A stretch of 64,000 bases of DNA from Alphaproteobacteria bacterium. Its GTDB lineage: Bacteria; Pseudomonadota; Alphaproteobacteria; MPNO01; UBA830. A model generated the notes under the pieces. That model worked only from the letters and a program-made list of their open reading frames with translations. It did no database searches and was not told the origin of the DNA. The translations under genes and the position numbers were made by a program. Each line of letters starts with the position of its first letter. Within the stretch, counting starts at the first letter, position 1. The DNA lies in NCBI GenBank assembly GCA_965243135.1, contig OZ251539.1:5984001-6048000 (forward strand). Reading direction: 5' to 3'. Below are positions 30,183 through 42,883 of this stretch, in pieces.

Positions 30183-31736
30183 TCAGCTCTTGCGAAACAT
30201 GCGAAGCATGCGCTGGGTCACCAGGAAGCCGCCCGCGACGTTGACGGCGGCGATCAGGACGGCGATCGCCGCGAGCGCCTCCACCAGCGACGACGGGCTG
30301 GATATCTGAAGAAGCGCGCCGATGACGATAATGCCGCTGATGGCGTTGGTGACGCTCATCAACGGCGTATGCAAGGCGGGCGTGACGTTCCAGATCACCT
30401 GCCAGCCGACGAAGCAAGCCAGCACGAAGACGGTCAGATGCCCCATGAACGAAGGCGGCGCGACCGTTCCCAGGCCTGCGAGCAGCAAGCCTCCGATCGC
30501 GAGGAAGGCCGCCGCCGCAAGGCCGGTCCGGCGCGGCTCCGGCCTCGCGGCGGCGAGGGACGGCGCGGCGGTCTCCGGCTGCGCGGGCGGCTTCATCCGG
30601 GCCGGCGGCGGCCAGACGACCTCGCCCTCCTTGACGACGGTCGCGCCCCGGATGACCTCGTCGTCCATGTCGACGTCGATCGCTCCGTCCTTGCCGGGCG
30701 TCAATTCGGACAACATGTGGCACAGATTGGCGCCGTAGAGCTGGCTGGCCTGCGTCGCCATCCGGCTGGCGAGGTCGGTATAGCCGATCAGCGTGACGCC
30801 GTGCTTGACGACCTTCTTTCCAGGCTCCGTCAGGGCGCAATTGCCGCCCTGTTCCGCGGCGAGGTCGACGATCACGGATCCCGGCTTCATGGACCGCACC
30901 ATTTCGGCGGTTATCAGCTGCGGCGCGGGCTTGCCCGGAATCAAGGCCGTGGAGACGATGATGTCCACTTCCCTGGCCTGCGCCGCGAAGAGCTCCATCT
31001 CGGCCTTGACGAACTCCTCGCTCATCGTCTTCGCGTAACCGCCCGCGCCGGAGCCGTCCTCTTCGAAGTCGAGCTCGAGGAATTCGGCGCCCATGCTTTC
31101 GATCTGCTGCCGCACCTCGGGCCTCGTGTCGAAGGCGCGAACGATCGCGCCCATGGAGCCGGCCGCGCCGATCGCGGCGAGGCCGGCCACGCCGGCTCCG
31201 ATCACGAGGATCCGCGCCGGCGGAACCTTGCCGGCGGCGGTGATCTGGCCGGTGAAGAAGCGTCCGAAATTGTTCGCGGCCTCGACGATCGCGCGATACC
31301 CGGCGATGTTCGCCATCGAGGACAGCGCGTCGAGTTTCTGGGCGCGGGAGATGCGCGGCACGCAGTCCATCGCGACCGCCGTCGCCTTGCGGGCCTTCAG
31401 TTGCTCGAGGAGTTCTCCGTTGCTGGCCGGGTAGAGGAACCCGATGAGCGCGCCGCCGTCGCGGAGCAGGTCGGCCTCGTGCACGCCGAGCGCCGGATGC
31501 ATGTCGGGCGGCCGCACCTTGAGGATCAGGTCGGATCGCGCCCAGACCTCGCGAGGTTCGCCGACGATTTCCGCGCCGGCCTCCCGATAGGCGTCGTCGG
31601 AGAATCCGGCTTCGTCGCCCGCGCCCTTTTCGACGCAGATCTCGAAGCCGAGCTTCGCGGCGCGAACGGCGTAGTCGGGCGTCAGCGCGACGCGCCTTTC
31701 CCCCGCGCAGATTTCCTTGGGAATGCCGATCTTCAT
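30183..31736 (-). CDS. pntA: NAD(P) transhydrogenase alpha subunit (unsplit)
   Basis: [37 protein letters not shown]-terminal TM part [14 protein letters not shown]. Confidence 0.97.
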   Translation of the reverse strand: MKIGIPKEICAGERRVALTPDYAVRAAKLGFEICVEKGAGDEAGFSDDAYREAGAEIVGEPREVWARSDLILKVRPPDMHPALGVHEADLLRDGGALIGFLYPASNGELLEQLKARKATAVAMDCVPRISRAQKLDALSSMANIAGYRAIVEAANNFGRFFTGQITAAGKVPPARILVIGAGVAGLAAIGAAGSMGAIVRAFDTRPEVRQQIESMGAEFLELDFEEDGSGAGGYAKTMSEEFVKAEMELFAAQAREVDIIVSTALIPGKPAPQLITAEMVRSMKPGSVIVDLAAEQGGNCALTEPGKKVVKHGVTLIGYTDLASRMATQASQLYGANLCHMLSELTPGKDGAIDVDMDDEVIRGATVVKEGEVVWPPPARMKPPAQPETAAPSLAAARPEPRRTGLAAAAFLAIGGLLLAGLGTVAPPSFMGHLTVFVLACFVGWQVIWNVTPALHTPLMSVTNAISGIIVIGALLQISSPSSLVEALAAIAVLIAAVNVAGGFLVTQRMLRMFRKS

Positions 31737-31915
31737 GTCATCTTCGAACGGACTGCCAACAAGACGCGTTCCGGAAACATCGGACCGCACCGGTCCGCCA
31801 GCGACGGGCAACTTATCGACTGCGGCGATTCCTTACAAGGAGACTTGGTCGTCGCAATCGCCGGATTTTCGCGGCCCTGCGGCGGAGGGCGCAGCGGCCG
31901 GAACGCGGAGCCGCG

Positions 31916-32473
31916 TCAGACGCGGAGCGGGCGCGGGTCGCCCTCGGGCGCTTCGACGTCGAATACGTTCAGCACCACCGAAACGGCGTGATAGAAGCCG
32001 ATCAGGCTCGCCAGCTCCACCATCGCCTCCTCGCCGAAACGGTCCGCGGCGCGGCGATAGGCGTCGTCGCCCAGGCGTTTCGTTTCGACGACCTCGCGGG
32101 CCACGTCGTAGACCAGCGCCTCGTCCTCGTTCAGGTGGCGCGGCGTCCGGCGTCGGCGGATGTCCTCGACGGCGCGCGGATCGACGCCGTATTCGGCGGC
32201 GCGCCGCGCATGAATGAACCATTCGTAGTCCGCCGAGAAGCCCCGGGCGATCGTTACGATCGCGAGTTCCTTCAGGCGAATGGGAATGCGGGAGGCCTCC
32301 TCGGACAGCGAAAGGTCCACGAAGTTGGCGAACGGCTCGGCGATTTCGGGCGCGTGGAGAAGGATGGCGAAAGGGCCGCGCACGGGCGCCCGCCGTTGCG
32401 CCGAGATCAATTCGGAAACGCGTTTCTGCTCGGCGGTTTGCCGTTCCGGGGGTATCGGCCGTATTCGCGCCAT
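31916..32473 (-). CDS. Carboxymuconolactone decarboxylase family protein
   Basis: RGPFAILLHAPE, LKELAI, YEWFIH, IGFY. Confidence 0.85.
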   Translation of the reverse strand: MARIRPIPPERQTAEQKRVSELISAQRRAPVRGPFAILLHAPEIAEPFANFVDLSLSEEASRIPIRLKELAIVTIARGFSADYEWFIHARRAAEYGVDPRAVEDIRRRRTPRHLNEDEALVYDVAREVVETKRLGDDAYRRAADRFGEEAMVELASLIGFYHAVSVVLNVFDVEAPEGDPRPLRV

Positions 32474-32710
32474 GCCTGCCTCCATCGATGCCGACGAACC
32501 GCTATCACGGCTCCACGCGCGGGACAATCGGGGACCGCGGGCCGGCCGCCGGTCGGCTTGCCTGAAGCCGCGGCCGCCCGGGGCCGGTTCCCGGCCGATC
32601 GCAGGGGGCGGCCGAGCCGCCTCTCGCTGCCGCCGTTCTTCGGCTTGCGGCTCCGTCAAGGTTCGCTTCCGCCGCCCGGCGCAGGCCAGCCGCGAGAGAA
32701 GGATCCGACG

Positions 32711-34159
32711 TCACTTCAGTTGCTTGGGCAGCCAGGTGGCGATTTCCGGCGTCGCGATCAGCAGCGCCAGCACGGCGAGTTCGAGGGCAATGAACGGAAG
32801 CGCCGAGCGCACGACCTGCCCGAGCGAGACCTGAAACGGCGCGACGCCTTTCATCACGTAGAGCAGCAGGCCGAAGGGCGGGGTGAGCAGGCTGATCTCC
32901 ATGGTGATCAGCATCAGCACCATCAGCCAGATCACGTCGATGCCGAACGCGGCCTGCAGCGACTGCCCGCCGAGAAGGAAGAAAGGCAAGGTGAGCAGCA
33001 GCATGCTCACCTGGTCCATGAACGCTCCGAGAAACAGGAGCACGAGCATCATCATGATCACGACCGCGAGCGGCGTCAGCTCCATGGCCGTGAACTGGCG
33101 CAGCAGGCCGTCGGTGGCGCCGGAATTCGCCAGCGCTTGGCTGAAGACGAGCGACCCCGCGATGATGAACAGGATCATGGTGTTTATCTTGGCGGTTTCG
33201 ACGAGCGATTTCGTGATCGCCCGCCACGTGAAGTCCGCGCCGTCGATGCCGGATATTCGAATCGTCCCGTTGAAGATGCGGAAGAAATAGCAGGCGCCGA
33301 GCGAAGCGAGGCAGCCGAGCGCCGCCGCCTCGGTCGGCGCCGCGAGCTTGAAGAAGATGCTGCCGACCACCACCACGAAGATAACCAGCAGAGGCAGGAT
33401 GTAGAGAAGGAAAGGAAGCAGCCGGTTGACCGCGCGGCGGCGGCGGCCGGCGTAGGTCCAGGTCCGGCGAACCCGCCCCAGATTCACCGCGACGACGAGC
33501 GGCGCATCGATTCCGCTTTCGTCCGGCGCGTAGCTGGGGGCCAGGTCCGGGTTCGCGACGCAGCGGATGATGACGTAGCCGAAGAACAGAATCGCCATTA
33601 GGATGCCGGGCACGATGCCCGCCACCAGCAGTTGCGCGACCGACTGCTCGGCGAGGCTGGCCAGCAGCACGGCGAGCGCGGACGGCGGGATCAGCATCGC
33701 GATGCCGCCGACCGCCATGATGGGCCCCATCGCAATGGTCGGCCGGTAGCCGCGCTTCACCATGTCGGGAAGCAGCACGGAACCCAGGATGGCGGTATTG
33801 GCGATGGTCGATCCGGACAGCGAGGAGAAGACCGTGCCGCCTGCGATGGAAACCACCGCGAGGCGCCCGGGAACGCGCGAAATCATTCGGTCGATGGCGC
33901 CGATGGCCTTGAAGGCGACGCCGGTTTGGAGAAGGATTTCCCCCATCAGGAGGAACAGCGGGATCGGTGCCAGCGTGAACTTTATCGCGTTGTGGAACTC
34001 CATCGGCATGAACACCAAGCCGATGTCGCCGTTGACGAAGAGGAACGTCCCGAGCACGTTGGCGGCGAAGAAGGCGAAGGCCACGGGCAGGCCGAGAAAC
34101 ATCGCCACGCAGACCGTGCCGAGCAGCAGAGACAGCGCGAGGTACCACTCCAAGATCAC
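32711..34159 (-). CDS. TRAP transporter large permease (DctM)
   Basis: GLPVAF, PIPLFLLMG, LIPPS, PTEAA, LTPPFG; GTGA overlap with small permease. Confidence 0.93.
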   Translation of the reverse strand: MILEWYLALSLLLGTVCVAMFLGLPVAFAFFAANVLGTFLFVNGDIGLVFMPMEFHNAIKFTLAPIPLFLLMGEILLQTGVAFKAIGAIDRMISRVPGRLAVVSIAGGTVFSSLSGSTIANTAILGSVLLPDMVKRGYRPTIAMGPIMAVGGIAMLIPPSALAVLLASLAEQSVAQLLVAGIVPGILMAILFFGYVIIRCVANPDLAPSYAPDESGIDAPLVVAVNLGRVRRTWTYAGRRRRAVNRLLPFLLYILPLLVIFVVVVGSIFFKLAAPTEAAALGCLASLGACYFFRIFNGTIRISGIDGADFTWRAITKSLVETAKINTMILFIIAGSLVFSQALANSGATDGLLRQFTAMELTPLAVVIMMMLVLLFLGAFMDQVSMLLLTLPFFLLGGQSLQAAFGIDVIWLMVLMLITMEISLLTPPFGLLLYVMKGVAPFQVSLGQVVRSALPFIALELAVLALLIATPEIATWLPKQLK

Positions 34160-34662
34160 AGTCCCGAATGCGCCTCGCCCACCCCCGCTCGTCCGCGGCG
34201 CAAGCGCATGAGGAATTCGACGGCCAGCAGCAAGAAAGACGCCGCGAACACGGCCATCATGTAGCCGGTGGGGATTCGCAAGTCCTTGTCCGGGAGAATG
34301 CCGTCGGCGAATTCGCCGACGGCCGATCTCGCGCCGTAAGCGCAAAGCAGGACGCAAAGCGCCGCGCCGAAAAGGTTCAGCGCGCTATCCAGGCGTTCGG
34401 CCGCCGGCTTGGACAGGTTGGAGACGACGACGTCGACCCGAACGTGCGCGCCCTGCCGCAGCACCCATGGCGCGCCGAGGAATACGCCGAAATAAAGGGC
34501 GTACTCGACGGCCTCGTAGAGCCACCACATGCTTTCCCACTGGAGGCGGATCAGAAACAGGTTGAGGGGTATCAGGACCGCGAACAGGCCGATGGAAGCC
34601 GCCACCAGTCCGGCGAGGATCCGGTTGAAGCGATCGAACGCGGCCTCGAAGGCGTCGAGCAC
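34156..34662 (-). CDS. TRAP transporter small permease (DctQ)
   Basis: 4 TM segments; FLGAPWVLRQGAHVRVD. Confidence 0.9.
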   Translation of the reverse strand: MLDAFEAAFDRFNRILAGLVAASIGLFAVLIPLNLFLIRLQWESMWWLYEAVEYALYFGVFLGAPWVLRQGAHVRVDVVVSNLSKPAAERLDSALNLFGAALCVLLCAYGARSAVGEFADGILPDKDLRIPTGYMMAVFAASFLLLAVEFLMRLRRGRAGVGEAHSGL

Positions 34663-34693
34663 CGCGCGCGGTCCCGTTGCAGGCTCCGCGGCG

Positions 34694-35671
34694 CTACTGC
34701 GCCGTGAACAGTTTCCTGAGCTTCGCCCCGTGCTCCGGGCTGCGTTCGAGCACTTCGGCCCATCCTTCCTTGCGGGCGGTGTCCAGCCATTTCTTGCGGT
34801 CGGCGCCTTCGAAGGCGATGACCTTCATTCCCTTGCCCGCCATCCATTCCTTCGCCTTTTTCTGCCGGGCCAGGAATTCGGGACTGCTGGTTTCGGCTCT
34901 GGCTTCGTACTCCAGTCCGACCGCCGAAATCAGATCCCGAACCTCCTTCGGCAGCGTCTCCCATTTGCGGAGATTAGCGAGGGTGTGCAGCGCCGCGTTG
35001 TAGAAACCGGGCTCGACGCGGAACTTCGTGACCTCGATCCAGGTCGGCACCCAGCCGACGGCCGGCCAACCGAAGCCCTGAACCGTGCCGTTCTCCATAT
35101 AGGTGTACACCTGCGCGATGTTGGAGGTCTGCACCGTCGCGCCCAGCGATCGGAAGAAGGCGGTATAGACTGGCGACACCCGGAGATGCAGTCCTGCGAG
35201 ATCGGGTTTGTCGATCGGCTTGCTCAGCCAGAGGTGAAACGGCCCGTTGTCGTCATGGCGCGCGATGTAGTGAATGTTCTTTTCGGCGAGCAGCTTCCGC
35301 ATGTAGTCGAGCGCGCCGTTCTTGCGCAGTTCGGCGAAGGTGAAATCCGAAAAGCGGAGCGCCGGCGCTTCCGGCAGCACGTTGCCGAAATAGGCCTCGG
35401 TGCAGCCGACCATGTCGTAGGCGCCGCGCGCCATTTTCTGCGTGAGCGTGAAAGGGCTGCCGATCGCCGGAGCGCCGCCCACCATGTTGATCTTCACCAC
35501 GCCCTTGCCGCGTTCATTTATCGTCTTGACAAGCGCTTCGTAAACCCGCGACGGCGGGCTTCCTATGGGGAAGCAGCTGGCGCTGTTGACCACGACCTCC
35601 TTCGCAACGGCACCGGTCGTTCCCATGGCCGCCAACGCAGCCACGCACGAAAGCATGGTTTTCCTGAGCAC
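34694..35671 (-). CDS. TRAP transporter substrate-binding protein (DctP)
   Basis: GTG start after AGGGAG; signal peptide; DLAGLHLRV, VYTYMENGTVQG. Confidence 0.9.
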   Translation of the reverse strand: MLRKTMLSCVAALAAMGTTGAVAKEVVVNSASCFPIGSPPSRVYEALVKTINERGKGVVKINMVGGAPAIGSPFTLTQKMARGAYDMVGCTEAYFGNVLPEAPALRFSDFTFAELRKNGALDYMRKLLAEKNIHYIARHDDNGPFHLWLSKPIDKPDLAGLHLRVSPVYTAFFRSLGATVQTSNIAQVYTYMENGTVQGFGWPAVGWVPTWIEVTKFRVEPGFYNAALHTLANLRKWETLPKEVRDLISAVGLEYEARAETSSPEFLARQKKAKEWMAGKGMKVIAFEGADRKKWLDTARKEGWAEVLERSPEHGAKLRKLFTAQ

Positions 35672-36205
35672 GTTCTTTCTCCCTCCTTTTGGCGCCGGGG
35701 CCGCGTCCGGACGCTCCGTCGCGGACGCCGCCTCGCAGCGCGGCGAGCGTACTTTAGCACAAGTTCCGGCTATTTCGTCCCTTCGGCCTACCGCCCGCGG
35801 ACAGCCCCGAGAGACCCCGCGGACGGCCAAAACAAACGGCAACTTCCGCTTCGCGCGCATGCATGGTTCCGCCGAATCCGCATTGCCGCGACGCAGGCGT
35901 TGCGGCGCGACGCCATGACCGACGGCGCCGCCGCCGAGACCGCAACTCTTTCCATGCTTTCCAGGGCAGCAAATGCGCGTTCCGACGCGCAAACTTTCGC
36001 CGCGCTGCGCCGGAGAAAACCACGGGCTGACGCCTCCCGCGGCGACGGCAGCGCGCCCGGCGGAGCGTCGAGGCGAAGAGCTCCCTCCGCTTTGCGCCGG
36101 CTGTCCCCGGCGGCGGACGTCCGGAGCTACCTGCCGTGCGGAGCCCGCGAATCCCGCCTCCGCAAGCGGCGTCGCCGAATTCGCGGAGCGCGTACCGGAA
36201 GGCGG

Positions 36206-38959
<2,754 letters not shown>

Positions 38960-39004
38960 GCGGTTTCTCCGATGGCGGGGCGGCGCGGGCGGGCACCGGG
39001 GGCA

Positions 39005-39033
39005 GACATAAGCAGGGCGGTCGCCGGTGTCAA
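39005..39033 (-). promoter_or_regulatory. Putative secA promoter (TTGACA...CTTATGT)
   Basis: Minus strand TTGACACCGGCGACCGCCCTGCTTATGT; fits sigma70 or the alphaproteobacterial RpoH pattern TTG-N18-CYTATNT. Confidence 0.5.
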
Positions 39034-39129
39034 CGCCGCCTCGCCGGCAGGATACGTTGCGGCGCTTTCCAGCTGGCCAGCCCGCAACGTCCTCCGGAGG
39101 AGATAACCGATCTCCTGCATTGCGATTCG

Positions 39130-40020
39130 GAACCGATAAGGGGGCATCCATTCGGCGATTTTTTTGAGGTAATTCACGAACTTCCGCAGACCGGGCTCTC
39201 TGCAAGAAGATATCCGCCGCGCTCGAATCCGAAGCCGGAAGTCTTTGAACGTCATGGATGTTCGCGGCTTCTTGGGTTTCCGAGATGTTTTCGCCGGGGG
39301 CGAGTAAAACAACTTCATTTTTTTCGAGACCTTGATCGCACAAAGTTTCGGTAGAACGCGCGCTAACCGTAACTTGAGAACCGTCGTTACCGCGAACGCG
39401 GCCGAGAATATCCGAAAACTGAATTACCGCGGAGAACGGCGAAGGCAACCCCGCAGTCCTCAGTAATGCTGTTCCGTTACCTCGTCCTTTTTCCATTAGA
39501 GGCCGCAATAAGCTTATCGAGTGGAGCGCACTGTCCGAAAATCCCGTTCGTTCCGCAACGCGCCTTGCGGGCGCGCAAATCTATTTTTGTAAAACCTTGC
39601 TTTCGCTTCCGGGACAAGGATTCCCGCGGTCAGGCGGCGTCCAGCGCCAGGTTTTGGTTTGCGGCATGGGTTCCGATCTCCATGCGGCGTCGAAACGGCT
39701 CGGCATCGCCCGGAAGGCGAGGACGTTCCGGCTTCATGCTCCCGTTCTGGCCGGCCCGCGCGCCGGTTGACCAGCACCTTTTCAATCGTCGTCCGCCCAT
39801 GATTGAACCCGCCGGCTTCCAGACAGCGCACTCGCGAAATGCGTTCTCGGTTCTCGACGGCTTTCTGGAAACCTCCTCTTTCGGGGGCGACTCGTTTCAC
39901 GGACAACAAGGCGTTGAGCAGCTTCGACTTGCCGGAGGCGTTTGGGTCGATTATCGGCAAGCGATCACGAACCTTGGAATCGGCCCAGAAGTTGCGCCAA
40001 TTCTTTGAGGCGGGCAAGGC
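39130..40020 (-). pseudogene. Degraded AAA_21/COG4637-type ATPase gene (possibly with a scrap of its partner gene)
   Basis: Fragments across frames: KNWRNF..IIDPNASGKSKLL (decayed Walker A), GGFQKAVENRERISRVRCL, RPQGA..ERDF/SD (signature region), [17 protein letters not shown]; lower GC. Confidence 0.7.
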
Positions 40021-40306
40021 GCGTGCGTTGTTCCCGGTTCGAATTCTCAGAGACGAATATGGATTGTGGGACGACATGATAATTGTCGGTATCCTTGTCC
40101 GTACAACTCGAAAATTTCTTGTATCGCAGTTGTGCGGGTCGGTCTGCCGAATTCCCGAGGTTGTCGGCGAAGCGGCGGCCTGCGGAGGTTGCGGTCAACC
40201 GAGCGGCGTCGGACCGCTTGCCGCGATGGCGGTTTCGGGTTCATCTCGCGTCCCGATGCTGCTATGCTTCCCGGGCTGCCTGTTTCATCAAGCGCAGGAG
40301 AACGCG

Positions 40307-40618
40307 ATGGGCATTGCGGACGCGAAGCGGAATCTTCCTTCGAACCGGATGATCTTCGAGGTTCGCAGGGATCCGGCGAAATTCAATGATTTTCCCGCGA
40401 ATCTGGAAGCCTTCATGGATCGGTACGGACTCTCGGACGACGAGCGGCAGGCGTTCAGGGACGTCGATATCAAGCGGCTTGGCGAGCTTGGCGTCCATCC
40501 CTACTTTCTGCCGCAGGTCTCGCGGCTGTTCCACGGGACCGGGTACAACCACAATCGGTCGGCGGCGGCCGTGGCCTACGGCAACAGCGTCGTCGAGGGC
40601 GCCGGAAAGGGCAGGTGA
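40307..40618 (+). CDS. LigA-like small subunit of class III extradiol dioxygenase
   Basis: RBS aggag; 103 aa; FMDRYGLSDDERQAF..LGELGVHPY; directly upstream of LigB-like gene. Confidence 0.75.
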   Translation: MGIADAKRNLPSNRMIFEVRRDPAKFNDFPANLEAFMDRYGLSDDERQAFRDVDIKRLGELGVHPYFLPQVSRLFHGTGYNHNRSAAAVAYGNSVVEGAGKGR

Positions 40619-41472
40619 TGGCCGAACTCGTTTCCGTCGTTGCGCTGAGCCACGCGCCCGGCCTGACGGGGTGGCTCGACCAGGCCCCCGAACGCGAGAG
40701 AAAGAGCCTGACCGAGGGATTCGCGGCGCTCGGCGAAATGGTGCGGGCGTCGCGGCCGGACGTGCTTGTCGGCCTCGCAAACGATCACGTTCTCAACATG
40801 CCGTTGGACGATACCCGGGATTTCTGCGTCGGCACGGCGGATTCATGGAACGGGCCCGCGGAGTGGTTCCGGGAGTGGATCAACGTGCCCGACTACCGGG
40901 TCGCCGGAGACAGCGGGACCGCCGACAGCGTTTTCGGAGGGCTTCGCGGGCGCGGTTTCGACGTGATCGCCGACAGGGAACTTCTGTTCGACGACAACTG
41001 GTCGGTGCCGCTCTACTACCTGACGCCGGGCTACGATATCCCTCTGGTTCCGATACACATGAACTGCGTCGTGCCGCCGGTGCCGTCGCCGCAGACTTGC
41101 CTCGACCTCGGCAAGGCGATTTCCGATATCGTGGAGAACGATCTGCCGGACGGGGTGCGCGTCGCCTTCATGGGCACGGGCGGGCTCTCTCACGACCCGG
41201 GCGGACCGAAGTATTTCGACGTGGACGAAGCCTTCGACCGCTGGTTTCTGGCGCTGCTGGAGGAAGGCGACTCCGAAAAGGTGATTCGCGAGTGCACGGT
41301 CGAGAAGATGCTGGCTGCCGGCGACGGAGGAACCACCGAATTGCTGGCCTGGATCGCCGCCATGGGGGCGGCCGGCGGCGGGCCCGCGCGCACCGTCTGC
41401 TACGAACCGGCGGTGGAGCTCCGATGCGGCATGGGTTGCGTCTACTGGAACAGGGATCCCGCGCATGTCTGA
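40618..41472 (+). CDS. Class III extradiol ring-cleavage dioxygenase, LigB-like subunit
   Basis: SHAP, RPDVLV..NDH, VPIHMN, GTGGLSHDPG, TELLAW. Confidence 0.9.
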   Translation: MAELVSVVALSHAPGLTGWLDQAPERERKSLTEGFAALGEMVRASRPDVLVGLANDHVLNMPLDDTRDFCVGTADSWNGPAEWFREWINVPDYRVAGDSGTADSVFGGLRGRGFDVIADRELLFDDNWSVPLYYLTPGYDIPLVPIHMNCVVPPVPSPQTCLDLGKAISDIVENDLPDGVRVAFMGTGGLSHDPGGPKYFDVDEAFDRWFLALLEEGDSEKVIRECTVEKMLAAGDGGTTELLAWIAAMGAAGGGPARTVCYEPAVELRCGMGCVYWNRDPAHV

Positions 41473-42109
41473 ACGGTTGCTCGAAGGCCTCGCGGAAATC
41501 CTCGATCCCGCGCACGCCGCCCTCGTCGTTGTCGACATGCAGAACGATTTCTGCGCGGAAGGCGGTTACATCCACGAAACCCAGAATGCCGACATGAGCC
41601 CTTTCGCGCCGCTCGCCCGGCGCATACGGATTCTGACCGAGGCGGCGCGCGTCGCGGGCGCGGCGGTGATCTGGATCAGGGCGGCCTACGATCACGAGCT
41701 GCTGCCGGCTCCCATGCTCTCCAGGATGCTCGATAAGGGCAAGGGAGCCGTGTGCTGCGCGTCCGGCTCGTGGGGCGCCGATTTCTACGATCTCGCCCCC
41801 GCCGCGGGGGAGCCGGTGGTCGAGAAGCACTGCTACTCGGCCTTTCACGGCACGGAACTCGATTCCGTTCTGCGAAGCCGCGGCATCCGCACTCTGGTGA
41901 TGACCGGCGTCGCGACCAACGTTTGCGTCGATTCCACGCTGCGCGAAGGGTTCTTCAACGGCTACTATATCGTCATGCCGCCGGACTGCGTGGGAAGCGC
42001 CAATGCGGCGCTGCACGAGGCGACCGTGCAATCCGTCGATCTCGTATTCGGTCACGTCCCTGACAGCGGGGAGGTGATGCGGGTTTGGGAAACGGCGCGG
42101 GCGGCATGA
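41465..42109 (+). CDS. Cysteine hydrolase (isochorismatase/RutB-like family)
   Basis: VVDMQNDF, EKHCYSAF, GVATNVCVDST (Asp-Lys-Cys triad). Confidence 0.92.
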   Translation: MSERLLEGLAEILDPAHAALVVVDMQNDFCAEGGYIHETQNADMSPFAPLARRIRILTEAARVAGAAVIWIRAAYDHELLPAPMLSRMLDKGKGAVCCASGSWGADFYDLAPAAGEPVVEKHCYSAFHGTELDSVLRSRGIRTLVMTGVATNVCVDSTLREGFFNGYYIVMPPDCVGSANAALHEATVQSVDLVFGHVPDSGEVMRVWETARAA

Positions 42110-42858
42110 CGGACGAAGCCATCGCGGCGCTTGCCGATGCCATCGATGCGGCGAAGCGCGTCGTGGTGTTCACGGGAGCGGGGATTTCGACGGAATCGGG
42201 AATTCCGGACTTCCGGAGTCCGAACGGCATATGGGCGCGCACGACGCCGATCTATTTCGACGAGTTCGTGAATTCCGAAGACGCGCGCCGCGAAGCGTGG
42301 CGGCGCAAGTTCGAGATCGACCGCGATATGATCGGAGCCGAACCCAACCGCGGGCATCGCGCCGTCGCCAAGCTCGTGCGCACCGGGAAGGCGTCTTCGG
42401 TGATCACCCAGAACATCGACGGATTGCATCAGGAAGCGGGCGTGCCGGACCAACAGGTCGTCGAGTTGCATGGCAACGGCACCTATGCGGCTTGCCTCTC
42501 CTGCGGCGCTCGCCACGAGCTCGATCCCATCAAGGCGGAATTCGAAAAGGACGGCGCTCTGCCGCTGTGCAGTTTTTGCGGCGGGATCGTGAAGACGGCG
42601 ACGATTTCCTTCGGGCAGGCGATGCCGGACGCCGAAATGGAGCGCGCCCGAGTCGAATCCCTGGCCTGCGATCTGTTCATTGCGGCAGGCTCCTCGCTCG
42701 TGGTCTATCCCGCTGCGGGTTTTCCCGTCATGGCGAAACGCAACGGTGCCCGTCTCGCGATCGTCAATCGCGAGGCGACCGATCTCGACGGGATGGCCGA
42801 TCTCGTCCTCAACCGGGAGATCGGTCCGACGCTCGGAGAAGCGGTCGGCGTGAACTGA
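42106..42858 (+). CDS. cobB: NAD-dependent deacylase (sirtuin, CobB-type)
   Basis: TGAGISTESGIPDFR, ITQNIDGLHQ, ELHG, two CxxC, GSSLVVYPAA. Confidence 0.92.
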   Translation: MTDEAIAALADAIDAAKRVVVFTGAGISTESGIPDFRSPNGIWARTTPIYFDEFVNSEDARREAWRRKFEIDRDMIGAEPNRGHRAVAKLVRTGKASSVITQNIDGLHQEAGVPDQQVVELHGNGTYAACLSCGARHELDPIKAEFEKDGALPLCSFCGGIVKTATISFGQAMPDAEMERARVESLACDLFIAAGSSLVVYPAAGFPVMAKRNGARLAIVNREATDLDGMADLVLNREIGPTLGEAVGVN

Positions 42859-42883
42859 ACCGCTCGCCGCAGAGGAAGTCGGC

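Noticed and set aside
38960-39508. SecA with a 183-aa N-terminal extension
   Set aside because: SecA similarity starts at [12 protein letters not shown] (38959) with a promoter just upstream; the extension is open frame through an ATPase pseudogene.
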